Positions 52,418 to 61,685 of a stretch of 64,000 nucleotides of DNA are shown one piece after another. The DNA lies in assembly GCA_016794425.1 (NCBI GenBank), contig JAEUHR010000043.1:128141-192140 (forward strand), in the 5' to 3' direction. Origin of the DNA: Planctomycetota bacterium (lineage in GTDB: Bacteria; Planctomycetota; UBA1135; UBA2386). The translations under genes were made by a program, and so were the position numbers. Below the pieces are notes generated by a model. That model saw nothing but the letters and a program-made list of their open reading frames with translations. It was not told the origin of the DNA and did not search any database. Positions within the stretch are counted from its first letter, which is position 1. Each line of letters starts with the position of its first letter.

Positions 52418-53158
52418 ATGTGCATCCTGATCGTGCTGCGCGGTTTCCACGCCAGCCATCCACTCGTGCTCGCCGGCAACCGCGACGAGCGAACCGACCG
52501 GCCGTCGTCGCCGCCGGGCCTGTGGGTCGGCGCGCAGAGCCGCATGCTGTCGCCGCGCGACCGCCGCGCCGGCGGCACCTGGCTCGCCGTCGATGCCTCG
52601 GGACGGTTCGCCGGCATCACCAATCTGGCCGCGGTGGCACCGGTTCCCGACGCGCCGTCGCGCGGCCACCTGCCGCACCTGGCACTCGACCAGCCGACGC
52701 TCGAGGCGGCGGTCGCCGCGGTCCGGGCGCGGCTGGCCACGGACCGCCACGGCGGCTTCCAGCTCGTGCTCGGCGATCGCGAACGCACGCTCGTGCTGCG
52801 CCACGGCCAACACGGGCTCGAGCTCGTCGAGTGGCGCGATCCGGTGCTCGTGGTCACCAACGAACACGGGCCCGGCGAACTCGTGCCGGGTGGCCTCGCA
52901 CCGGCGCTGGCACCCGCGCACGACGTGCCGCGGCGGCTCGACCTGCTGACCGCGCTGCTGCGCGACCGCGGCGGCCCGGGGCAACACGCGATCTGCAAGC
53001 ACGGCAAGGACTACGGCACCGTCTCGAGCTCGCTGATCGCGGTGCCGGCGCACGACCCGCAGCAGCTGGTCTGGCGCTACGCGCCGGGACCGCCCGACGT
53101 GACCGCCTACCGCGACTACGGCAACCTCGGGCGACGGCTGCTGCCCGAGGCGCCGTAG
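52418..53158 (+). CDS. NRDE-family (TANGO2-like) protein
   Basis: N-terminal MC nucleophile, AGNRDE motif, GGTWL and TNEHGP are hallmark strings of the family. Confidence 0.8.
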   Translation: MCILIVLRGFHASHPLVLAGNRDERTDRPSSPPGLWVGAQSRMLSPRDRRAGGTWLAVDASGRFAGITNLAAVAPVPDAPSRGHLPHLALDQPTLEAAVAAVRARLATDRHGGFQLVLGDRERTLVLRHGQHGLELVEWRDPVLVVTNEHGPGELVPGGLAPALAPAHDVPRRLDLLTALLRDRGGPGQHAICKHGKDYGTVSSSLIAVPAHDPQQLVWRYAPGPPDVTAYRDYGNLGRRLLPEAP

Positions 53159-53161
53159 CGG

Positions 53162-54763
53162 TCACTGCGGCAGCGCCGCGAGGTTCTTGCGCGCGTCGGT
53201 CCGCGCCTGTTCGGCGCGCTGCCGCAGCGCCGGGCCGAGCCGGTCGCCGGCGAGCTGTTCGTCGGCGAGGCGGATCGCGCGTTCGTACAGCCGGCGTGCT
53301 TCCTGCAGGTTGTTCGGGTCGGTCGCCAGGTGGTACTGCAGCACGACCGCGGTGTCGTTCAGCAGCTGCGGCGAGTCGGGCTCCTTCTCGAGGGCGCTGC
53401 GGTAGGACGCCAGCGCCGCCTCGAACTGGCCGGTCTCGCGGCACAGGAACGCGTGGTTGTTCCACGCGTCGGCCGAGTCCGACAGGCAGGCGATCACGTG
53501 GTTCAGATCGCGGCTCGCGACGACGTTGCCGGCGCGGAACGCGCGATCGGCCAGGAACTGCACGATCGCGCCGACCTCGGCGCGCCGTTCGGACGGCAGC
53601 GCGCGCACGACGTCCGCGAACGCGGCGGCGCCGACGGCCGTGTAGGCGGCGGCGGACTGCGTCGCCGCGTCGTGGTCGCCGAGCTGCCAGTGGCACAGCA
53701 AGAGGTAGTAGTGGCAGTTCGTCGCGCCGGGGTTGTCGGCCAGCGCCGCGGCGAACGCATCGCGCGCCGCGGCCCACTCGCCGCCGTCGTAGAGCGCGCG
53801 TGCCACGTACCAGCGCAGCGTCGCGCGCTTGGCGCCGGTCGCGTCGGGGCGGGCGGCATAGCGCTGCAACGCGGTCGTGTAGGCGTCCCGGCGCTGGCGC
53901 CAATCCAGCTCGCGCTCGAACACCGAGTGGTCCAGCGCGGTGTCGGGGTCGATCGCCAGGGCATCGACGAAGTGCCGGCGCACCTGGTCGGTCTTGTGGT
54001 CGACCGCGGCGAGCTGGCCCAGCGCGACGTGCGGGTGGGCGCGCTGCGGGTCGAGTTCGGCCGCGCGTTCGAACGAGCGCCGCGCCAGCTGGCGCTGCAC
54101 GTCGATCGCCGCGACCAGATCCGCCTCGGCCTGCGGGTCGCGGCCACCGGCGGCGTGTTCGCGCAGCAGCCTGGCGAACCGGTCGCTGGCGATGCGGCCG
54201 AGCAGCACGTGCGCACCGGCGCGCTGCGGATGGCGCCGTACGGCCTCTTCGGCCTCGCGCACCGCGCGCTGCCAGTCGCCGAGCAGGTAGGTCGCCTGTG
54301 CCAGGATCAGCCGGCAATCCTCGTCGTCGGGCTGCACGCGCAGCACACCCTCGGCGAGCTCGGCCGCGTCGGCCCAGCGCACCTCGGGCGCGATCGTGTC
54401 CGGCGACTCGGCCTGCAGCAGGAACGCCTTCGCCAGCACCGTGTCGATCTCGATCGAACCGGGGAAGCGCGAGCGCGCCGCCTGCAGCAGGTCGACGGCT
54501 TCGGCGAAGCGGCCGGCGCGCGCGAGGCACCGGCCGGCGGCGACGACCCAGTCGTGGTGCTGCGGTTCGGCTTGCGCGAGCCGCAACCAGGCCGCCGCGG
54601 CCGAGGCCATGTCGCCGCGCGACTCGAGCGCCTGCGCGGCCGCGGCGGCGGCATGGTCCGTCGGCGCCGGCGCGGGTGGCGCCGGCGGCGGTGGTGCCTG
54701 GCAGCCGGCGGCCGCGCTGCAGGCCAGCAGTGCCGAGGTCAGCAGCAGGGCGCGCACGGTCAC
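53162..54763 (-). CDS. TPR-repeat protein, probable lipoprotein (534 aa)
   Basis: The GTG start at 54763 forms a GTGA overlap with the upstream gene's stop. Signal VTVRALLLTSALLACS. Many TPR units follow (WNNHAFLCRETGQFEAALASYRSALEKEPD...). Confidence 0.75.
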   Translation of the reverse strand: MTVRALLLTSALLACSAAAGCQAPPPPAPPAPAPTDHAAAAAAQALESRGDMASAAAAWLRLAQAEPQHHDWVVAAGRCLARAGRFAEAVDLLQAARSRFPGSIEIDTVLAKAFLLQAESPDTIAPEVRWADAAELAEGVLRVQPDDEDCRLILAQATYLLGDWQRAVREAEEAVRRHPQRAGAHVLLGRIASDRFARLLREHAAGGRDPQAEADLVAAIDVQRQLARRSFERAAELDPQRAHPHVALGQLAAVDHKTDQVRRHFVDALAIDPDTALDHSVFERELDWRQRRDAYTTALQRYAARPDATGAKRATLRWYVARALYDGGEWAAARDAFAAALADNPGATNCHYYLLLCHWQLGDHDAATQSAAAYTAVGAAAFADVVRALPSERRAEVGAIVQFLADRAFRAGNVVASRDLNHVIACLSDSADAWNNHAFLCRETGQFEAALASYRSALEKEPDSPQLLNDTAVVLQYHLATDPNNLQEARRLYERAIRLADEQLAGDRLGPALRQRAEQARTDARKNLAALPQ

Positions 54764-57700
54764 TTGCCCCGCAGCAACCGGTCGGCGGCCTGCAGGTGGC
54801 GCTGCGCGCCGGGGCGGCGTTCGCCGGGGAAGTACTTCAGGCTGGCGGTCGCGGCGTCCTTGGCGGCCTTGCCGTCCTTGCCGTGCTTCAAGTGCCACAG
54901 CGCCAGGTTCTCGTAGCAGTCGCCGACCGCCTCCTCGAGCTGCTGGCGTTCGTTCGGGTCGTCGGGCGGTGCGTCGCGCAGCTGCTTCTCGCCGTCGGCG
55001 ATCGCCGAGTCGAGCAGCTGGCGGCTCTGCTCCCAGTCGCGGTCGAGGTGCCAGATCGCGATCAGCGCGCAGTCGTTGCGCAGCCGCACGTTGGCCGGAT
55101 CGAGCTGCTGCGCCTTGCGGTAGGCCTTGTAGCTCTGCTCGTACATCTCGTCGGCCTGCTTCCGCTTGCCGTCGCGTTCGAGCTGGTTGCCGTAGTCGCG
55201 CGCGAACAGGCCGGCGTTGTTCTGCAGGTCGACGTCACCGGCGGCGGCTTCGGCGGCGGCGCGGCTGATGGCCTCGACCTTCGCCAGGTCGTTGCGCTTC
55301 AGGAAGCGGTCGACCAGGAACAACAGCGAGCGCTTGGTCGACTCGCCGTCGCCGAGATCCTCGGCGATGCGGTCGGGCCGCAGCCGCGCCGACTCGAGCA
55401 GCCAGGTCTCGGCCTTGGCATCGTCGTCGGCGTGGTAGGCGATCGCGCCCTTCTTGCCGAGGCACATCGCCAGCCACTGTTCGCAGCTGTCGCGGTAGGC
55501 GGGGTTCTGCTGCATCGACTGCGCGAACGCGCTGCGCGCCTCGTCGAGCAGCTGCTGCGCGCGTTCGGCCTGACCGGCCGTGCGTTCGGCGCCGGCGAGC
55601 AGGTAGCGCGCCTTGCCGAGGTACCAGCCTGCGGTCGCGTCGGTGCGCTGGGCCAGCGCGTCGACGACCAGCGGCAGCTGCTTCTGCGCGGCGGCGGTGT
55701 CGACCGCCTGGCCCAGCATCGCCTGGTCGTCCGGTGTGCGCTGCAGCGCACGCAGCCAGACGTTGACGGCTTCGGCCGGCGCACCGGCCCACTGTTCGGT
55801 GTTCGACCACGTCGACAGCAGGTCCGGCGTCAGCATCTGTTCCTGCTCGAGCTGGCGCAGCGACGCGCGGGCCTGCGTCAGCAGGTCGGTCGCGTCGTCG
55901 CCGGCGGCCTTCGCGGTCATGTAGGCGCGTGCGGCGGCGTTGGCGCGCACCGTGTGCGCGGCGAGCAGCTGCTCGCGCGTGCCGCCGCCCTGCGACTGCA
56001 GGTGCAGCAGCAGCGCCGATGCGACGGCGGCCGCGCCGGCGGTGTCGCCGGACTCGTAGGTCGCCTCGGCCAGCAGCTGCCGCGGTGCGGCGGGTTCGCT
56101 GTCGAGTTCGACCGCGCGCTTCAGTGCGCCGAGCGCATCCTGGTAGAAGAAGTCGACGCCGCGGCGGCCCTGGTCGCGCGTCTGGCGCGCGAGCGCCAGG
56201 TTCAGTTCGCCGCGCCGCAGCTGGAACGGGGCGTGGTCCTTGCACTCCTTGGCGATCGTGTCGAGCAGCGCCAGCGCGCCGTCGAAGTCGCCGGCGGTGG
56301 CCTTCGCGTCGACGCCGGCTCTGACCTTCGCCATCGCCTCGGCGGCGCCGCCCTGGGCGGCGGCGTCGGCGGCGCCGGCCGGCTGGCCGGCCGTGCGCAG
56401 CAGCGCCGCAGCTTCCCGGCGTTCGTACGGGTAGTAGCGCACGGCGCGTTCGAGGAACGGCCGCGCGGCGTCGAATCCGGCGCCCTGGTCGCGCAGCAGC
56501 ACGGCGATGTTCTGCAACGCGTCGCCGAGCGCCTCCTCGACCTGTTCGCGCTGCTGCGGTTCGGCGTCGGCGGGCAGCGCCGCCAGCTGCGCTTCGCCGA
56601 GCGCGGTGGCGCGGTCGAACAGCTCGCGCGCGCGCGCCGGGTCCCGGTGCAGGTGGTAGACCAGCATCAGGCCGCAGTCGTTGACGATGCGCGGGTCGTT
56701 CGGCTCGAGCGCGACGGCGCGCTCGTACCAGGCGTAGCTGCGTTCCCACAGGTCGCGCGCCGCCGCGTCGTCGCCGGCGTTGGCTCGCTGCACGCCGAGG
56801 TCGCGCGCCACCAGCGCGGCGTTGTTGTAGGCGAAGCCCCAGCGGTCGGGGTGCCGCGCCAGCAGCCGCTCGGCGAACGCCAGCGTGCGCGGCAGCGCGT
56901 CCGGGCCGCTCTCGGCGAATCGCTGGTGCAGTGCGAACGCCAGTCCCGCGTAGGTCCGCACCCGGGCTTCGTCGCCGTCGGCGGCGCCGAAGTCGGCGGC
57001 CGCGAACAACTGGTCGCGCGCCGCGTCGAGCAGGCCCAGCTCGAGCGCCATCGCGGCCTCCGACAGCGCGCAGCCGGCGCGCCACTGGTTTGCCGCATCG
57101 GCGTGCGCGGGCACCATCGCCAGGTACTGGCCGAACGCGTCGCGCGCGCGGGCGTAGCCGTCCGCGGCGGCCGCGAAGTTGCCGACGCCGCGCTGGCGGT
57201 CGGCGCGCGCCGCCAGCGCGCGGCCCTGGTGCCAGCGCAGGATCGGCACGCCGGGCTGTTCGCGCACGAAGCGGGCGTAGGCGCCGACCAGCGCGTCGAA
57301 CTGGTCGTTGTCGCGGTACCAGGTCAGGTAGGCATCGTGCACTTCGGTCGCATCGGGGGCGGCGCGCAGGCCGCGCTCGAGTTCGCGCAGCGCCTCGGCG
57401 CTCTGGCCGAGCCACAGGCGGATCTGCGCCAGCCGCGTCGCGGCTTCGGCCGGGAAGGTGCCGTGCACGGCTTCGAACCGCAGGGCTGCGGTCTCGGCGA
57501 GCCGCGCCGTGTCGCCGCCGACCGGGGGCCGCTCACGCAGGTCGGGCGGTGCGGCGTCGAGTTCGGCCTGACGCGCGGCCGCGAACAGCCGGTAGTCGGC
57601 CTGCGCGGCCAGCAGCAGCGCGGCCTCGGCATCGCGGTTGGCGGCGCCGGTGCCGATCGCGCGGAAGCCCTCGGTCGCGCGCACCGCGAACGCGCTGCAC

Positions 57701-58068
57701 CGTTCCCACTCGCCGAGTTCGAACAGGCAGTCGGCCAGCTGGCGGCAGGCGGCCGGCGCGTCGCCGCGCGGCCGGTCCTCGAGCCCGAGCTCGAAGTGGC
57801 GCACCGCGTCCTGCAGCAGCAGTTCGGCGTTGCCGCCGGAGCCGCGGCGGAACAGCGCCAGCGACCCCTCGCCGGCCAGCAGCCGGGCTTCGCGCAGGTC
57901 CGGGTGGTCGCGCAGGACCTGGTCGACGATCTGCAGCGCTCCTTCGGGGTCGGTCGCGAGTCGCGCGCGCGCGGCGTCGAGCCGGACGGCCTCGGCGGCG
58001 GTAGGGGCGGGAACGCTGGCGCAGGCCGCCGCGATCGCGGCGACATAGAGGAGGGTCTTGGGCTTCAT
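54760..58068 (-). CDS. very large TPR-repeat exported protein (1102 aa)
   Basis: ATG checked at 58066-58068. Signal MKPKTLLYVAAIAAACASVPA. TPR-like repeats throughout (YNNAALVARDLG..., NDCGLMLVYHL..., NNAGLFARDYG..., NDCALIAIWHL...). Confidence 0.75.
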   Translation of the reverse strand: MKPKTLLYVAAIAAACASVPAPTAAEAVRLDAARARLATDPEGALQIVDQVLRDHPDLREARLLAGEGSLALFRRGSGGNAELLLQDAVRHFELGLEDRPRGDAPAACRQLADCLFELGEWERCSAFAVRATEGFRAIGTGAANRDAEAALLLAAQADYRLFAAARQAELDAAPPDLRERPPVGGDTARLAETAALRFEAVHGTFPAEAATRLAQIRLWLGQSAEALRELERGLRAAPDATEVHDAYLTWYRDNDQFDALVGAYARFVREQPGVPILRWHQGRALAARADRQRGVGNFAAAADGYARARDAFGQYLAMVPAHADAANQWRAGCALSEAAMALELGLLDAARDQLFAAADFGAADGDEARVRTYAGLAFALHQRFAESGPDALPRTLAFAERLLARHPDRWGFAYNNAALVARDLGVQRANAGDDAAARDLWERSYAWYERAVALEPNDPRIVNDCGLMLVYHLHRDPARARELFDRATALGEAQLAALPADAEPQQREQVEEALGDALQNIAVLLRDQGAGFDAARPFLERAVRYYPYERREAAALLRTAGQPAGAADAAAQGGAAEAMAKVRAGVDAKATAGDFDGALALLDTIAKECKDHAPFQLRRGELNLALARQTRDQGRRGVDFFYQDALGALKRAVELDSEPAAPRQLLAEATYESGDTAGAAAVASALLLHLQSQGGGTREQLLAAHTVRANAAARAYMTAKAAGDDATDLLTQARASLRQLEQEQMLTPDLLSTWSNTEQWAGAPAEAVNVWLRALQRTPDDQAMLGQAVDTAAAQKQLPLVVDALAQRTDATAGWYLGKARYLLAGAERTAGQAERAQQLLDEARSAFAQSMQQNPAYRDSCEQWLAMCLGKKGAIAYHADDDAKAETWLLESARLRPDRIAEDLGDGESTKRSLLFLVDRFLKRNDLAKVEAISRAAAEAAAGDVDLQNNAGLFARDYGNQLERDGKRKQADEMYEQSYKAYRKAQQLDPANVRLRNDCALIAIWHLDRDWEQSRQLLDSAIADGEKQLRDAPPDDPNERQQLEEAVGDCYENLALWHLKHGKDGKAAKDAATASLKYFPGERRPGAQRHLQAADRLLRGK

Positions 58069-58261
58069 CGGGGTCGGGTGGGAACCTGGGCCGCGACGGA
58101 CCGCAGGCCCGGCGCGTGGACGCGACGCGCGAGAGAGGGAGCGACCGCCGGCGATTGTGACCCGGCGCGGCGGCGAACGGAAGCCTGGAACCTCCGTCGA
58201 CCCGGTCAAGGTGCTGGCCCGACCGGCCGATAGGACCGGGCGCAGGCAGGCGAGGCAGCGA

Positions 58262-59344
58262 GTGAGCCATCCCACGATCACGGCGACGAGCCAGCTCGAC
58301 CGGTCGACGGTCACCCAGCTGGTCGCGGACCTCGAGCGCGAGCTGCGTTCGCGGCCGGCGCGCGTCACGCTGGACCTCGGCGCGGTCGAAGCGTTCGACT
58401 CGGCCGGGCTCGGCGGCGTCGTGCAGGGCATGCGCGCCGCCAGCGCCGCCGGCGTCGAGCTGAAGCTGCGCGGCCTCAGCCAGTCGATGCTGGACTTCTT
58501 CTCGCTGGTGTCCGTGCAGCGGCTTTGCGCCAGCGAGCCGCCGGCGGTGCGGCCCGATCCGGTGACGCGGATCGGCATGTTCGTCGAGCCGATGCTGGAG
58601 AGCGCCGGCGCGGTGCTGCGGCTGGCCGGCGAGACGCTGCGCGAACTGGTCACCGGTCCGTTCCGCCGCCGCTGGCTGCGGCTCGACCGCACCGCGATCG
58701 AGGTCGACCACTGCGCCGCCGGCGCGCTGCCGATCGTCGCGCTGATCGCGTTCCTGCTCGGTCTGATCCTGGCGATGCAGGCCTACGTGCAGCTGCGCGT
58801 CTGGGGCGCCGAGATCTACATCGCCGACATGGTCGGCGTGTCGGTGTTGTCCGAGATCGGGCCGCTGATGACCGCGATCGTGCTGGCCGCTCGCAGCGGC
58901 AGCAGCAACGCGGCGCAGCTCGGCGCGATGGTGGCCAGCGAGGAGATCGCCGCGCTCGAGCAGATGGGCATCCGCCCGCTCGGCTTCCTGGTCGCGCCGA
59001 AGGTGGTCGCGTGCGCGTTCGCGGCGATCACGCTCGGCATCGTGTTCGACGTCACCGCGATCTGCGGCGGGGCGCTGTTCGCGTGGGCGATCGCCGACAT
59101 CCAGCTCGACGCGTTCGGCGAGCAGCTGCGCACCGCCCTGTCGCTGTCGGACTTCGTCGTCGCCCTGGCGAAGTGCGCCACGTTCGGCGGCGCCGTCGGC
59201 GTCGTCGGCTGCGCGCTGGGCCTGCGCGTGCGCGACGGCAGCGAGGGCGTCGGCCGCGCGACCACGAACGCGGTCGTGCTCGGCATCTTCCTGATCATCG
59301 TCGTCGACGCCGTGTTCGTGACCTGGCAACGCATGCTGGCCTGA
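58262..59344 (+). CDS. mlaE: MlaE-family ABC permease with fused N-terminal STAS (MlaB-like) domain
   Basis: STAS region (LDLGAVEAFDSAGLGGVVQGMRAASAAGVELKLRGLS), then MlaE motifs (LSEIGPLMTAIVLAARSGSSNAAQLGAMVASEEIAALEQMGI). The GTG start is uncertain. Confidence 0.8.
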   Translation: MSHPTITATSQLDRSTVTQLVADLERELRSRPARVTLDLGAVEAFDSAGLGGVVQGMRAASAAGVELKLRGLSQSMLDFFSLVSVQRLCASEPPAVRPDPVTRIGMFVEPMLESAGAVLRLAGETLRELVTGPFRRRWLRLDRTAIEVDHCAAGALPIVALIAFLLGLILAMQAYVQLRVWGAEIYIADMVGVSVLSEIGPLMTAIVLAARSGSSNAAQLGAMVASEEIAALEQMGIRPLGFLVAPKVVACAFAAITLGIVFDVTAICGGALFAWAIADIQLDAFGEQLRTALSLSDFVVALAKCATFGGAVGVVGCALGLRVRDGSEGVGRATTNAVVLGIFLIIVVDAVFVTWQRMLA

Positions 59345-59346
59345 CC

Positions 59347-60168
59347 ATGGACCTCGCCTCGATCCTGTCGCCGCAGCCGCGCCGCACCGACGACCTGGTG
59401 CGCGCCGTCGCGCTGTCGACGGTGTTCGGCGAACGCACGGTGCTCGAGGGCGTCGATCTGGCGATCCGGCGCGGCGAGGTGTTCGTGATCATGGGGCCGT
59501 CCGGCTGCGGCAAGACGACGCTGCTGCGCAACCTCTGCGGTCTGTTGCCGCCGACGCTCGGTTCGGTCTCGGTCGCCGGCCACGACGTCTACTCGGCCTC
59601 GCCGGAGCTGCTGCAGCACCTGCGGCTGCGCACCGGGCTGTCGTTCCAGGGCGGCGCGCTGCTGGGCAGCCTGACGGTGCTCGACAACGTCGCGCTGCCG
59701 CTGCGCGAGAACACGACCTTGCCCGACGACGTGATCGTCGCCACCGCGCGCATGAAGCTCGACATGGTCGGCCTGCTGCACGCGGCGGACCTGCTGCCGA
59801 GCTCGCTGTCGGGCGGCATGAAGAAGCGCGCCGCGATCGCGCGCGCGATCGCGCTCGACCCCGACATCGTCTACTTCGACGAGCCGTCGGCCGGTCTCGA
59901 CCCGATCACCGCCGCCGAGGTCGACAACCTGATCATGAAGCTGAACAAGGTGTTCGGCATCACGATGGTCGTCGTGACCCACGATCTGCCGTCGGCCTAC
60001 ACGATCGCCGACCGCATCGTCGTGCTGCTCGGCGGCCACGTCGCGGCGCTCGGCGACCGCGACGAGGTCTGGCACCACCGCGATCCGCGCATCCGCGACT
60101 TCATCGAACGGCGCCTGTCTGCCGAAGACAGCCGTGGCATGGACGTGATCGCGCACATGGAGGTCTGA
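59347..60168 (+). CDS. mlaF: ABC transporter ATP-binding protein, MlaF-like
   Basis: Walker A GPSGCGKTT, signature LSGGMKKR, Walker B IVYFDEPSAGLD, H-loop VTHDL. Confidence 0.9.
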   Translation: MDLASILSPQPRRTDDLVRAVALSTVFGERTVLEGVDLAIRRGEVFVIMGPSGCGKTTLLRNLCGLLPPTLGSVSVAGHDVYSASPELLQHLRLRTGLSFQGGALLGSLTVLDNVALPLRENTTLPDDVIVATARMKLDMVGLLHAADLLPSSLSGGMKKRAAIARAIALDPDIVYFDEPSAGLDPITAAEVDNLIMKLNKVFGITMVVVTHDLPSAYTIADRIVVLLGGHVAALGDRDEVWHHRDPRIRDFIERRLSAEDSRGMDVIAHMEV

Positions 60169-60170
60169 CC

Positions 60171-61007
60171 TTGGACCGTCGCTCGAGGCGCTTCCGGCTC
60201 GGTCTCTACGTGCTCGGCACCGGCGGGCTGTTCGTCGGTCTGCTCGGCTTCATCCTGCAGAAGAGCCTGCGCCGCGAGTCGGCCGCCTACTTCATCCTGT
60301 TCCAGGAGAACGTGAAGGGCATGGTGGTCGGCAGCCGCGTGAACTTCCAGGGCGTGCCGATCGGCGTCGTCAAGGACATGCGGTTCCAGGACGGCAAGAC
60401 GATGGTCGAACTCAGCGTCGATCCGTCGCGCGCCAGCATCCAGGACATCACGTGCGCGCGCATGGACCGGCTGCTGGTGACCGGCCAGGTCACGGTCGAA
60501 CTCGAGGGCTACGGGCCCGAGGGCAAGCCGCTGCAGCCGGGCGCGTTCATCCAGCCGAAGGAGGACCCGCTGCACGCGCTGACCGGCAGCCTGCCCGAGG
60601 TGGTCGACCGCGCCGCCAAGGTGCTCGATCGCATCGACCGCGTGTTGCAGGGCGCCGAACAGGTGCTCGGTGCCGACAACCAGGCCCACGTCACCGCGCT
60701 GCTGGCGAACTGCGAACGGCTGACCGCGCAGCTCGCCGACGAGGTCGCGCCGGCGGCCGTCGCGACGCTGCGGCAGGCGCAGGCGTCGGCGCGCGACCTG
60801 GGCGCCCTGTCGCCCGAAGTCGCGGCGTTGCTGCGCGAGACCACGGCGCTGGCCGCGGGTCTGCGCGGGCCAGCCCAGGCGGCCCTGGCCAACTTCCGCA
60901 CCGCGCTCGAGGACGTGCGCGGCCTGGCGCGGCAGCTGAAGCTCGCGCCCGACAGTCTGCTGTTCGGCGTGCGCCAGCCGGCGGCGCCGATCGGAGGCGA
61001 ACGATGA
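60171..61007 (+). CDS. mlaD: MCE/MlaD-family substrate-binding protein
   Basis: TTG start, N-terminal TM helix. MCE core (GMVVGSRVNFQGVPIGVVKDMRF) and a long helical C-terminus. Confidence 0.8.
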   Translation: MDRRSRRFRLGLYVLGTGGLFVGLLGFILQKSLRRESAAYFILFQENVKGMVVGSRVNFQGVPIGVVKDMRFQDGKTMVELSVDPSRASIQDITCARMDRLLVTGQVTVELEGYGPEGKPLQPGAFIQPKEDPLHALTGSLPEVVDRAAKVLDRIDRVLQGAEQVLGADNQAHVTALLANCERLTAQLADEVAPAAVATLRQAQASARDLGALSPEVAALLRETTALAAGLRGPAQAALANFRTALEDVRGLARQLKLAPDSLLFGVRQPAAPIGGER

Positions 61008-61627
61008 GCCGGTTCCCGTTCCTGTTCGCGCTCACGGCGGTGGGCGCGCTGGCCGCGTGCGGCAGCGTCGAGCTGCCGCGCGAGCACTTCTACCGCCTCG
61101 ACCTGCCGGTCGCGCGGCGGCCCGATCCGGGGCGCGCCGGCGTGCTGCGCGTGCAGGACCTGCAGCTCGGCACCGCGCTCGACGGCGATTGCCTGTCGGT
61201 GCAGCGCGGCGTCGAGGTGGAGCCGCGCCCGTTCGACCGCTGGATCGCTCCGCTCGACCGCCTGGTCACCGATGCGCTGGTGCTAAGCCTGTCGCGCGCG
61301 CGTGTGTGCGACCTGGTGAAGGGCGCCGCCGACGCCGGCGCCGAGCACTGGACCCTGCACGGCCGCATCGTCGAGTTCGGCGAGGCGCGCGGCGCCGACG
61401 GCGCGGCCGAGGCGCGCATCGCGCTCGAACTGTGGCTCGAGCAGCACGGCGAACTGGTGTTCCACGACGAGTTCCGGATCGCCGAGCCGCTGGCGAACGG
61501 CGGGCCCGAGGCCACCGTCGCCGGCCTGTCGCAAGGCCTCGTGCGGGTCGTCGACGACGTCGTCGCGCGCATGCAGGCGCGCGGCTTGTTCGCGGCCGCC
61601 CGGCCGCCGGCAGCGGCGCCGCGCTGA
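61004..61627 (+). CDS. ABC-transport auxiliary lipoprotein (DUF330/PqiC-like)
   Basis: ATGA overlap with mlaD. Canonical lipobox GALAACG. The size and position match auxiliary lipoproteins of MCE systems. Confidence 0.6.
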   Translation: MSRFPFLFALTAVGALAACGSVELPREHFYRLDLPVARRPDPGRAGVLRVQDLQLGTALDGDCLSVQRGVEVEPRPFDRWIAPLDRLVTDALVLSLSRARVCDLVKGAADAGAEHWTLHGRIVEFGEARGADGAAEARIALELWLEQHGELVFHDEFRIAEPLANGGPEATVAGLSQGLVRVVDDVVARMQARGLFAAARPPAAAPR

Positions 61628-61685
61628 GGCCGTGATGCCGGCTTCGCCGGTCGCTACCATGCCTGTGCCGACGGGAGGTCTCCGC

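Noticed and set aside
52420-58233. 1937-aa ORF on the plus strand
   Set aside because: It overlaps the NRDE gene out of frame and runs antisense to the two TPR genes. Its composition is almost entirely Arg/Ala/Pro/Gly. The opposite-strand frames give clean TPR repeats with signal peptides.
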